This document shows, in pieces, positions 30,051 through 39,322 of a stretch of 64,000 nucleotides of DNA (the stretch's first letter is position 1; each line of letters begins with the position of its first letter). The translations under genes and the position numbers were made by a program. Source of the DNA: Candidatus Heimdallarchaeota archaeon (GTDB lineage: Archaea > Asgardarchaeota > Heimdallarchaeia > Hodarchaeales > Hodarchaeaceae); contig RDOB01000003.1 in NCBI GenBank assembly GCA_011364965.1, forward strand, positions 432,939-496,938, in the 5' to 3' direction. Below the pieces are notes generated by a model that saw nothing but the letters and a program-made list of their open reading frames with translations, was not told the origin of the DNA and did no database searches.

Positions 30051-31451
30051 TCAGTGTTTTCTATTTTTTAACTTTATTTGTAGGATATCAAAATCCGAAG
30101 ATAAAGGACTTTCTGATTTTAAATGACGAGAGAAGTATAATCTGATCGGTTCAAAGAGCGATCCACTTATCACGGGGTCATTTACACGAGTGAGGAATAG
30201 TGCAGAAATTAAAATCATTAGTGATCGGCCTATAAAACTAATAGTGATATTCTGACTTAACTGTATTGCGAAGCCCCCCAGAAGAGGACCTATAAATACA
30301 ATTACTCCAATTAGAGTATTATATATAGCTATTAGCTCCACGCGATACTTGGGATGGACAATATCTAGAATAAAAATTGACATGGTAATATTAAATAATC
30401 CTTCACCTACTCCAATGATAATCCATGCAAATAAAAAACAAATAAATGCAGAGATCGAAAAATAAAATGGTATTACAATCAAGCTACTTGCTAAAGCTAT
30501 TAGAACTAAACTAATGAAAATTATCAATCGTCTCCCCAGTTTTTCAATTATTTGAAAACAACTTACGGTAAAAGATGTAAGAATCTGTATTGAAATTGTT
30601 AAGCTCGTCAAAAGAGAAGCAGTGAAATAAGAAAATCCATAATATTGAATTTCAAGTATAATATAATAAGGAGCAGCAAAAGAGACAGCAAAGTAAAAAA
30701 TCAACGCAAATAATAGTAGTCTCTTGAAATTAGGATAGGCAATGAGATATTTTGAAAAATTTACTGAACCAGAGATTTTTCTGGAGCTAGTTTCTTCTAA
30801 AGATATATTCGATGATATGATTGAAAGAGAAGGAACTGAATAATAAAAGAACATTGAAGCTATTCCTCCCAAAAGTGCAGCCCAGCAAAATAATGCAAAA
30901 AAGGCAATTTCAGCTGACAAATTACTATAGTCAGTAATAATACTGAAAAACAAGCCTCCTAGTAAGGTTCCACTCATTGATCCTATTATCCCGATACGAT
31001 AGAATTTATTCAACCTTTGGGGACGGTCTTGTTGTGGAATATGATCAGCTAATAAGGAACTATGATTGGGAATTGTTGATGCTTGAAAAAATGATTGGAT
31101 TATACGAATTATGAAAAGAAATATTAATCGTCCCTGTTGAATGAAAAAAAGGATTGTATAGGGAAGATAAAGTATCGCATGGATTAATCTCCCTAAAACA
31201 ACAAAAATCTTACTTTTGTGAAAATGAGCTGCTACACGAGCCCAAAATAACTGTGAAATATTAACTAGAGACATAATTCCAACTAAAAAACCCGTTTGAG
31301 TTATTGAAGCTCCCATTGATGATATAAAAATTGGAAAAAATCCTTCTATAGATGAGGTATAACTAGAAGAAAGAAATTGATAAATAGACCAACCAGTAAA
31401 TTTAGGTGATTTTTTAGAAGATCCAAGGGATTTAGTTGTTATTTTTATCAC
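30051..31451 (-). CDS. MFS transporter
   Basis: About 12 TM. SLLADHIPQQDR and EKLGRR loop motifs. Confidence 0.85.
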   Translation of the reverse strand: MIKITTKSLGSSKKSPKFTGWSIYQFLSSSYTSSIEGFFPIFISSMGASITQTGFLVGIMSLVNISQLFWARVAAHFHKSKIFVVLGRLIHAILYLPYTILFFIQQGRLIFLFIIRIIQSFFQASTIPNHSSLLADHIPQQDRPQRLNKFYRIGIIGSMSGTLLGGLFFSIITDYSNLSAEIAFFALFCWAALLGGIASMFFYYSVPSLSIISSNISLEETSSRKISGSVNFSKYLIAYPNFKRLLLFALIFYFAVSFAAPYYIILEIQYYGFSYFTASLLTSLTISIQILTSFTVSCFQIIEKLGRRLIIFISLVLIALASSLIVIPFYFSISAFICFLFAWIIIGVGEGLFNITMSIFILDIVHPKYRVELIAIYNTLIGVIVFIGPLLGGFAIQLSQNITISFIGRSLMILISALFLTRVNDPVISGSLFEPIRLYFSRHLKSESPLSSDFDILQIKLKNRKH

Positions 31452-31484
31452 CTTAGAGTATTCAAAAACAATGCGCGTTTTTAA

Positions 31485-32288
31485 TTAATTTAATCCTGAA
31501 AGAAAAAAACCCACTAAGAAGGCAATAATAGCTGCACTGCCACCAACAATAAGCATTTCTAATCCTGATTTATACCAGATTTTGCCAGTGACTCGTACTT
31601 TCAAAGCTCCCAAAATAAATAGTGTTATTCCAGTTAAGAAACTAGCTATCCCAAAAGAAAAAGAACTCATTCCAGGTAAAAATAAAGTAGAAATGTAAGC
31701 TGCTAATGGTATAAACCCGAAAATAGCAAATGAAATAAAAGTAATAAGCCCATTTTTCATTGGAGATTCATCTGTTTTTACTATACCAAGTTCTTCGACC
31801 ATCATAATATCAATAAAAGCTTGTTTATTCGAGCTTAGGATTTCAACGACTATTACAGCATCCTCATAAGAAATCCCCTTCTCTGTGTAAATTTCAATCA
31901 TTTCCTTTTTCTCTCCCTCAAGAAAATTCTCCACTTCCCATTCTTCCCTATTTCGTTCCTCTTCTTGATATTCTAATTCCGATCGAGTACTAAGATAGTC
32001 TCCAATCCCCATGGAAAGCCCATCAGCTAAAAGATTAGCGAATCCAAGTATAATTACTATAAAAATATTCAAAGCTGCTCCAGTTACGCCGCAAACAACT
32101 GCAAAAGTTGTTATTATTCCATCCAGTCCTCCATAAATTATACTTTTGATATATTTTCCCTGTTCAGTTTTGTGTTCTTCTGCAGGGCATTTCATATCAT
32201 GTGCTGCGATAGATTTTTGAACATCTCCAAGTTTATAGGCTGTTTTAGCTTTGTGTAAATCCCGTTGTGGACACATATCATCCATCAC
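31485..32288 (-). CDS. VIT1/CCC1-family Fe2+/Mn2+ transporter
   Basis: IYGGLDGIITTFAVV, GFANLLADGLSMG.GDYLS, an acidic cytoplasmic domain (EE..REEWE...E..EM) and MMVEELG. Confidence 0.92.
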   Translation of the reverse strand: MMDDMCPQRDLHKAKTAYKLGDVQKSIAAHDMKCPAEEHKTEQGKYIKSIIYGGLDGIITTFAVVCGVTGAALNIFIVIILGFANLLADGLSMGIGDYLSTRSELEYQEEERNREEWEVENFLEGEKKEMIEIYTEKGISYEDAVIVVEILSSNKQAFIDIMMVEELGIVKTDESPMKNGLITFISFAIFGFIPLAAYISTLFLPGMSSFSFGIASFLTGITLFILGALKVRVTGKIWYKSGLEMLIVGGSAAIIAFLVGFFLSGLN

Positions 32289-32357
32289 CTTATTTTTTAA
32301 GTTCTGAACTCCAGCATATATTTATTTTTGATGAAGAAAGATAGGATCCCCATTTGA

Positions 32358-32377
32358 CTGTTCACACTAGTGAACAG
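32358..32377. promoter_or_regulatory. Perfect 8-4-8 inverted repeat (candidate operator) in divergent VIT1 / P-type ATPase intergenic region
   Basis: CTGTTCAC-ACTA-GTGAACAG. Confidence 0.55.
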
Positions 32378-32460
32378 AATATCTTTATTGAAAAGGCAAA
32401 AAAAGGGAAATGTGAGTATATCTTTCAATTTTTGCACCCCTAAATGGAAGAAAATTAAAA

Positions 32461-35400
32461 ATGGATTCCCAATTCATAGATTTCTGGAATGAAGGCCTAA
32501 ATTCTACTGAAGTTATCAAAAAAAAGGCGATTTATGGCGAGAATCGGTTACCAGAGAAAAAAGGCCGAAGTACTTTTATGATTTATATTTCTCAATTTAA
32601 AAACCCGTTGATATACATTATTTCTCTTGCAGCAATAATATCCCTTCTCTTGGAACAATATGAAGATACATTTATCATTATATGTGTTATTCTTCTGGAT
32701 ACTGTTATTGGATTTTTCCAAGAATATAAGGCAGAGCAAACAATGGTTGCCTTGCGGAATTTACTCAAACCAATAGCTAAAGTGATTAGAGATGGAAAAA
32801 TTCTAGAAATTTCGACAACTGAACTTGTACCCGAGGATATTGTAATAATCAATCAAGGAGATAAATTTCCTTCGGATGGGATACTAATAGAATCGCTCAA
32901 TCTCTCCGTGAATGAAGCCATCCTTACTGGGGAGAGTGAAGCAATAGTTAAAGCGACTAAAGATTTAGTTTATATGGGTACAACTGCTTTGTCTGGACGG
33001 GGGGTAATGAAAGTAGTGAATATAGGCACCAAAACTGAACTTGGAAAGATTGCGACATCACTTTCCGATATTGGGGAAGAGGAAACACCCTTACAGCTAA
33101 AGTTAGAAAATTTTGGAAAATCTCTTACTTATATCGTAATATTGATCAGCTTGAGCATTTTTGCCATAGGAGTAATATTAAAGTTTAACATTTTTGAAAT
33201 GATTAGAATGTCGGTTGTTTTGGCTATTGCTGCAATTCCAGAAGGACTGATTATTGCTGTTACTATGATTCTAGCAATTGGAATGAGAAAAATTCTGCAG
33301 AAAAACGGGCTTGTCAAAAAATTATTAGCAGTTGAAACCCTTGGGTCTGTCTCTACCATTTGTACGGATAAAACTGGTACATTAACGGAAGGAAATATGC
33401 AAGTTGTCCGCTCTGATTTTAAATCAGAGAAAATGGCTGCATATGCAATGGCTTTATGTAATAATTTAGAAGATTCGTTAGAAATTCAGCTTTGGAATTA
33501 TGTTCAAACGTTAGGAGAAGATTCAGAGCGATTAACACGTAATTTCAAAAGAATTCATGAAATTCCATTCTCAAGTGATTATAAATTTATGTTAACGACA
33601 AATCAAATAGATGGAGAAGAGGTAAGTTTAATCAAGGGAGCTCCAGATATTGTCTTAGAGTTCTGTACAATAGAAAAAGGCGAGAAGACGCAAATTTACA
33701 CACAATTAGAAGAATGGGCAGGTTCTGGTTTAAAACTTCTTGGATTAGCGTACAAAAAAGATGGTAATATAAAAGAGGTGGAAGGATTTACATGGATTGG
33801 ACTTATTGGTTTTGAAGACCCCATTCGGCCTTCAGTTAAGGAAGCTATAGCTCTATGTCAGCGTGCAGGGATAAAAGTCAAGATTATAACTGGAGATTAC
33901 CAACGAACTGCAATTAAGGTCGCATCAAATCTTGGATTATCTGTTGGACAAGATAAAGTCATTAGTGGAGAGGAAGTAGAAAAATTATCTGATACAGAAT
34001 TATTAGAAATTGTTGAAGCTATTATCATATTTTATCGAGTTACTCCTCAACATAAATTAAGAATTGTAACAGCTCTTCAAAAATGTGGGGAAATTACTGC
34101 AATGATAGGCGATGGAGTAAACGACGCGCCTGCCTTAAAAAAAGCGAATATTGGAGTTTCCGTGGGAGGTGCAACAGATGTGGCTCAAGAAACAGCAAGC
34201 TTAATTCTTCTTGACCATAATTTCAAAACACTAGTTGATTCAGTAGAAGAGGGAAGAATTGTTTTTGACAATATAAAGAAAGTTGTCTCATTTGTGCTAT
34301 CAAACTCGTTTGCTGAAATCTTTACGATTTTTGGATCATTCATTTTAGGATGGCCGACGCCTTTAACAATCGCTCAAATTCTTTGGATTCATTTGATATG
34401 TGATGGACCTTCAGATGTAGCTCTCGGATTTGAAAGAGGAGAAAAAGGGATAATGGATGAACCACCTAGAAGAATAGATGAGAATATTCTGGACGCGAAG
34501 GGAAAGGTTCTTATTGCATCTATCAGTACAGTTTCAGCATTATTATGCCTAAGTATTTATGGTTATTTCCATCTTGTAGTAGGGAACCAAATATTAGGAA
34601 GTACATTAGTATTTGCAATATTAGGAATTCAATCGCTAATCTACATCTTCTCTTTTCGCAGTCTCAGACTTCCAATATTTAAATCTGGTAATTTTCTCTC
34701 TAATAAACCATTGGTCTTTTCAGTAGTATTAGGAATAAGTCAGATTCTTATTGGCCTTTATTTCCCCTTTTTCAGTGATATCCTAAATGTTACACCTCTC
34801 TATGTAAATGATTGGATAATTGTAATTTCAGTTTCTTTTTTAATGATCTTTATTGTTGAAATGGTTAAATATTTTGATCATCGAAGAAATCTCACCTCAC
34901 CCTACCAAAATATCATCACAAATATTCGAAAAGTGGAGGAAAAACTACCTGAAATTCATAATCTACATAATATCACGCTTGATATAATGGAAGATAAGAC
35001 CCTAATTCAATTCCATTTCAATATTCCGGCTGAAACAACACTCGAGATTGCCCATGAAGTGGCAAGAGGGATCGAAAATTTGATCGTAGAAGAAATCCCA
35101 CAATCAATTCGAAAAAGTATAGAGATTATTAGCCACATTGAGCCAGTTTCTGAAGAACCTCGAAAAATCCATTCACATCCCACACCTACTCCATCTCGAT
35201 CAATCAGAGAAATAATTCAAGCATCAATAAAAGAAATCCCGGAAATTAAAAATTGGGGACGTGAAACTGTACTTCAAGATAATGGTAATACTTCAATATC
35301 AATAGTAATTTATCTAGATGGAAATTTGAACATAAACCAAGTGCATGATTATACGGAAAAATTGGAAACGATCCTTAGAAGGAATATCCCCTCTTTAAAA

Positions 35401-35466
35401 CGCTGCATTATTCACTCAGAGCCATTGAAAGAATTCTCAGGAGGAATGAGAACATCTATATCTTAA
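32461..35466 (+). CDS. P2A-like (Ca/Mn-type) P-type ATPase with two C-terminal CDF-type (ZT_dimer-like) domains
   Basis: LTGES, IPEGL, DKTGTLT, KGAP, DP, TGD and GDGVNDAP motifs. Tail repeats TTLEIAHEVARGIE...ISHIEP and LNINQVHDYTEKLE...IIHSEP. Confidence 0.9.
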   Translation: MDSQFIDFWNEGLNSTEVIKKKAIYGENRLPEKKGRSTFMIYISQFKNPLIYIISLAAIISLLLEQYEDTFIIICVILLDTVIGFFQEYKAEQTMVALRNLLKPIAKVIRDGKILEISTTELVPEDIVIINQGDKFPSDGILIESLNLSVNEAILTGESEAIVKATKDLVYMGTTALSGRGVMKVVNIGTKTELGKIATSLSDIGEEETPLQLKLENFGKSLTYIVILISLSIFAIGVILKFNIFEMIRMSVVLAIAAIPEGLIIAVTMILAIGMRKILQKNGLVKKLLAVETLGSVSTICTDKTGTLTEGNMQVVRSDFKSEKMAAYAMALCNNLEDSLEIQLWNYVQTLGEDSERLTRNFKRIHEIPFSSDYKFMLTTNQIDGEEVSLIKGAPDIVLEFCTIEKGEKTQIYTQLEEWAGSGLKLLGLAYKKDGNIKEVEGFTWIGLIGFEDPIRPSVKEAIALCQRAGIKVKIITGDYQRTAIKVASNLGLSVGQDKVISGEEVEKLSDTELLEIVEAIIIFYRVTPQHKLRIVTALQKCGEITAMIGDGVNDAPALKKANIGVSVGGATDVAQETASLILLDHNFKTLVDSVEEGRIVFDNIKKVVSFVLSNSFAEIFTIFGSFILGWPTPLTIAQILWIHLICDGPSDVALGFERGEKGIMDEPPRRIDENILDAKGKVLIASISTVSALLCLSIYGYFHLVVGNQILGSTLVFAILGIQSLIYIFSFRSLRLPIFKSGNFLSNKPLVFSVVLGISQILIGLYFPFFSDILNVTPLYVNDWIIVISVSFLMIFIVEMVKYFDHRRNLTSPYQNIITNIRKVEEKLPEIHNLHNITLDIMEDKTLIQFHFNIPAETTLEIAHEVARGIENLIVEEIPQSIRKSIEIISHIEPVSEEPRKIHSHPTPTPSRSIREIIQASIKEIPEIKNWGRETVLQDNGNTSISIVIYLDGNLNINQVHDYTEKLETILRRNIPSLKRCIIHSEPLKEFSGGMRTSIS

Positions 35467-35548
35467 GAGGAAGTATTCTTCAAAAATTCTCATACAATTT
35501 TAAAAACAACTTAATAAGAATATATCTTCAGGATAGATGAATGTATCT

Positions 35549-36055
35549 TTACAGGGAAATAACCTCTCCATACTTTCCCCGCGTAAATGTAAGCATTTTT
35601 GGGTATTCCTGTTGTTTCCAAGACTCATCGATCAGGAGTGCTACCACACGTGCTAGGAAAAGATCATGTGTTCCTAAAGGGATTATCTGTTCAATTTTAC
35701 ATTCCATATTGACAGGGCAAGCCTCAATCGCCGGAACTGCCACTTTATGACTTTTTCTTTTTATAAAGTGACATTCATCCCATTTATTAACTTCTTTCCC
35801 TGACTTCGTTCCACAGAACTTCACTTGCTTAAGCATATCGATAGTTGGAAAATTTACTACACATTCTTTTGAATTTTTTAGTATTAAATTTGAATATCTG
35901 TTAGGACGGATACTTAATGAGAGAATAGGCGGATCGGAACAGGATGTTCCAACCCATGCAAGTGTTATAATGGACTCACGGGTTTCATCCTGCACCGACA
36001 CTAAAACAACAGGATTTGGGTAAAATGCTGAATTTGGGTTTTCTTCTATCTTCAT
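35549..36055 (-). CDS. Flavin reductase-like FMN-binding protein
   Basis: YPNPVVLVS, DPPILSLSIRPNRYS, CGTKSG...KW and ECK...LGTHDLF motifs. Confidence 0.88.
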   Translation of the reverse strand: MKIEENPNSAFYPNPVVLVSVQDETRESIITLAWVGTSCSDPPILSLSIRPNRYSNLILKNSKECVVNFPTIDMLKQVKFCGTKSGKEVNKWDECHFIKRKSHKVAVPAIEACPVNMECKIEQIIPLGTHDLFLARVVALLIDESWKQQEYPKMLTFTRGKYGEVISL

Positions 36056-36277
36056 TTATTCACCTCAAAACCACAGCTTATGGGTTATATGTATCTTCTA
36101 CTTTTTTTTGCGAAAGTTAGAATTATCTCAAGTTGGCAGATCCAACTAAAAAATGTTATGAATAAAGATGGTTGAAATAGATCCAAGGATATATTGCAAC
36201 CAATATTATAATTTATTTTATCCCTAGATAGCTGAATTGAGGAAAATTCTTTGAATAATAAAATAGGAAGACAAAAA

Positions 36278-36817
36278 CTATTTGTACATTTTTAGTAGAT
36301 TATATTTATGAGGATTAACTTCCTTAATCATCTCTGCAGCAGCATTTGTATTGAGTTTAATTAATTCATCCATTTTTGTCTCTAATTCGCTTGGTTCTTT
36401 AGTTTTAGTCGCGATAGAATAAAAATTAGACCATATTTGATCTTCAACTAGAGGGAGAGCTTTTTTTGCATTGATCTTGAAAATTGGGGCAAAGGTATCT
36501 TTAAATTCTTGTTTCCCTTTAGAATTTCCCACAGCAAAATGAAGGACTTTCCAAATGTGTTCTTTAGCTTTTCCTGTATCAATTTGGACGATAGAGCCTA
36601 ATTCCTCCTTTAATGCTTCCTCATTCTCACTAGATGTCGCTAGTTTGTGAATAGACGTCCAAAAATGTCCTTCATGAAGTTTAATAACTTCCCTTTCGCG
36701 AATTTCAAAAATTGATTGATATTTATCTCGAAATTCCTGTGCATTTCCTGTTTCCCCGATTGTATCACAAACAAGCATCCAAAAATGTTCTTTTATTTTA
36801 TCTTGATATTTTCCCAT
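36278..36817 (-). CDS. Hypothetical all-helical protein with 4 internal repeats (2 x 76 aa)
   Basis: KEHFW / EGHFW / KEHIW / EDQIW with Trp at residues 13, 53, 89 and 129. GGTGA RBS. Confidence 0.75.
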   Translation of the reverse strand: MGKYQDKIKEHFWMLVCDTIGETGNAQEFRDKYQSIFEIREREVIKLHEGHFWTSIHKLATSSENEEALKEELGSIVQIDTGKAKEHIWKVLHFAVGNSKGKQEFKDTFAPIFKINAKKALPLVEDQIWSNFYSIATKTKEPSELETKMDELIKLNTNAAAEMIKEVNPHKYNLLKMYK

Positions 36818-37116
36818 GTAAGTGTCACCATTGGTTATTTAATTATTAATAATGGTTGATATTTGATTATTAATTTAGCTATATTGCTTTTATTAAAAAA
36901 ATATTATCCCTTATTTCTTATAGATTAAGTAGTTTAGCTTCTCAAGTCATTCTAGATTTGCTTCAAGAGCTTTGAATATGTGTGCTTTTTTCCTCTGCCG
37001 TATTCATCGAATTTTCGATAAAAATTCTGTTCTTTTTCATATTCACCATGGTACCATAACATGAACAGTCAACGTATAGTATAGTATAATAAACGAATCT
37101 TTATGAAAAAAGCTAC

Positions 37117-38082
37117 CTACTCAAAATTCTGCATAAGGAATGTAAGCCGATCTATACCTGCTTGGATTAGATCGGGTCGATCATGATCAAGACCAAATAG
37201 GATATAAGGAAGAAATGTAGTTTTAAACAAAAATTTCATTCGATCACGGATATTTGGATCAATATATTCCGTGTAGGTAGATAATATTGACTGAAGAAAT
37301 ATCTCGCCTTCATTAAAAAATAAGAGATCAACAGCAGGATCATAAAGTCTGGTATCTTCAAAATCAATAATACCTGTGACTGTATATGTTTGTGGATCGA
37401 TTAATATGTTTGTAGTATCAAAATCACAGTGACAGAGGGCGGGAAGAAACTCAATCTCTGACTCTAAAGTAAAAAAGTCTTTAAATTGATGTATGCTCCA
37501 TTCTTGTTGTAATTGAGAGAGAAATGGAAAAACACGAGTCCGAAGAACTTTATATTGATGTCGGTGTTGTTGCATATATTGAGAGACAGAAAAGGAAGAA
37601 CTAGAGGTAGCCCAATCAAAAGCATTAGAGAAACTGGAATAGTATCGAGTAAGAGAAATATCATGGAGTTCAGATAAAAATTTACCAATTTGCTGGCCTA
37701 TAAACACTGATTGGTCTGTTGACAGTTGGGAAAATAGTTTGGAAAGGGAGACCCCAGGAATTTTCTGATAACCTATGTATGGCAAATTGGGATCAGAAGA
37801 GATAAATTCAGGATTTGGGATTGTAGAAGTTAAGAATTCTTTTAGAAAAATGAGGGTCTCAACCTCCCTTTTGATAATCTGAACTCCTGATTCATTTCGT
37901 AAAGAACGATCAGGAAACCGAAAAATAAGATTCTGAGAGTCATGAGTAACTTCATATACATTATATGTCCCATGATATAAGAAATGAACCTCGGATTCAC
38001 TCACTTTTGGAAAATGTGTCTTCAAACACGAAAGAACAGCGTCAATTGGAATATCAGAAGGATTATTTTCTTCAAAGAACAT
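37117..38082 (-). CDS. Aminoglycoside phosphotransferase (APH)/choline kinase-like protein
   Basis: IFRFP, RE...L, HCDFDTTNIL (Brenner motif), IIDFED and DPAVD. Confidence 0.85.
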   Translation of the reverse strand: MFFEENNPSDIPIDAVLSCLKTHFPKVSESEVHFLYHGTYNVYEVTHDSQNLIFRFPDRSLRNESGVQIIKREVETLIFLKEFLTSTIPNPEFISSDPNLPYIGYQKIPGVSLSKLFSQLSTDQSVFIGQQIGKFLSELHDISLTRYYSSFSNAFDWATSSSSFSVSQYMQQHRHQYKVLRTRVFPFLSQLQQEWSIHQFKDFFTLESEIEFLPALCHCDFDTTNILIDPQTYTVTGIIDFEDTRLYDPAVDLLFFNEGEIFLQSILSTYTEYIDPNIRDRMKFLFKTTFLPYILFGLDHDRPDLIQAGIDRLTFLMQNFE

Positions 38083-38154
38083 ATTAAAACACTAAACCTG
38101 GGAAATCATAATGGAATTGAGAATGGAATCCAGAAGGACTGTTTGCTAATAAAC

Positions 38155-38766
38155 CTATTTTCTTCGACGAGCTACTTTTACCCCTATTCCTAATATAATC
38201 CCGCAAATCAATACTCCACACAAAAGCGTTAATGTCCACGTAAATGCATGCTCAAAAGCGAAACGTAATATCGCCCAAGGTAAAGTTATAAATGCAGCAA
38301 ATAAATCAATAATAAGAATACGTAAGCCCCATTTTTGCCACCACCATACACGGTCTAATAAAAGGGTTTTTCCTTCCAATACCTTCATATGGGCAAGACC
38401 AGCTTGAATATAACATGCATAAGAGAACATAGCCATCAGAAATAAAACAATAAAAATAGTTAACATGTATGAGAAGTGAGTAGGCCAGTAAAGTTCCACA
38501 AAATTCGTTGGTAAAGCCTCTTGTATAGCTTTTGCAATTCCAAACTGATCTCCAATGAGTTCTTCAAGGAAAGCGTACTGATCAGATTCTCTTCGTTCAA
38601 CATTAACAGAAACCAAAAATATAGCTGCTGTGAGGAAAAATCCAGCAAGAATGGCCGCTGCTGTTGAGAAGTGGCCTAGTAAATCCAAAGCTGATTCCTT
38701 TACTAGTAACGTTTGATCATAATCACGTTTTAATTGATCTTCAGAGGACAATTCTTCACGCTCCAA
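38155..38766 (-). CDS. Hypothetical membrane protein (~4 TM)
   Basis: Hydrophobic helices and a basic C-terminal tail. Confidence 0.6.
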   Translation of the reverse strand: MEREELSSEDQLKRDYDQTLLVKESALDLLGHFSTAAAILAGFFLTAAIFLVSVNVERRESDQYAFLEELIGDQFGIAKAIQEALPTNFVELYWPTHFSYMLTIFIVLFLMAMFSYACYIQAGLAHMKVLEGKTLLLDRVWWWQKWGLRILIIDLFAAFITLPWAILRFAFEHAFTWTLTLLCGVLICGIILGIGVKVARRRK

Positions 38767-38935
38767 AAATTGGGATAAAAATGTGTTGTATCATTCTTAA
38801 GTGTTTACATGAAATAATGTGGTATAATCTGCTAAATTATATTTGGAGCTCCCAACTATATCGAATTCGCTAAGTAATATTTGAATTTGCCTAGAAGGTA
38901 TATTATATATTATTGGTGACTCATGCATTTATGTT

Positions 38936-39307
38936 ATGGAATCAGAAATAAACCAAATTCAAGAAACCATTGGAAAATACGTTTCAGGTGTTACTAAAGG
39001 TCATCATAACGAAGTAATGCAAGCATGGCATATTAATGGAAGGCGAATGATAGTTGACAGGGAACAAGGACAAATTATCTTTGAAAACAGCCCCGCCAGT
39101 GCGGAATATGCTGATCTAATCCCCTCCTCAGAAGTAAAACAGAGTGCACAAATTGAAACTATTGAACACACAAGTACAACGGCATATGTTAAGTTAAAAT
39201 GGACGATTACAAGTCCTCATTGGAAAGGGAAATGTATTGATTATTTACTGTTAGTTAAACCGAAAGATACATGGATTATTGTCTCGAAAGTATCCCATAA
39301 AGAATGA
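38936..39307 (+). CDS. NTF2-like (lumazine-binding-2 type) protein
   Basis: IQETIGKYVSG...AWH...AYVKL...DYLLLVK...WIIVSK pattern. Confidence 0.8.
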   Translation: MESEINQIQETIGKYVSGVTKGHHNEVMQAWHINGRRMIVDREQGQIIFENSPASAEYADLIPSSEVKQSAQIETIEHTSTTAYVKLKWTITSPHWKGKCIDYLLLVKPKDTWIIVSKVSHKE

Positions 39308-39322
39308 TAGGGGAATTCGAGA

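Noticed and set aside
36965-37062. Short minus-strand frame resembling one TPR unit (MLWYHGEYEKEQNFIENSMNTAEE)
   Set aside because: It is too short to distinguish a remnant from chance.
37117-38082. APH as an antibiotic-resistance gene
   Set aside because: Only generic APH/choline-kinase motifs are present, with no mobile context.
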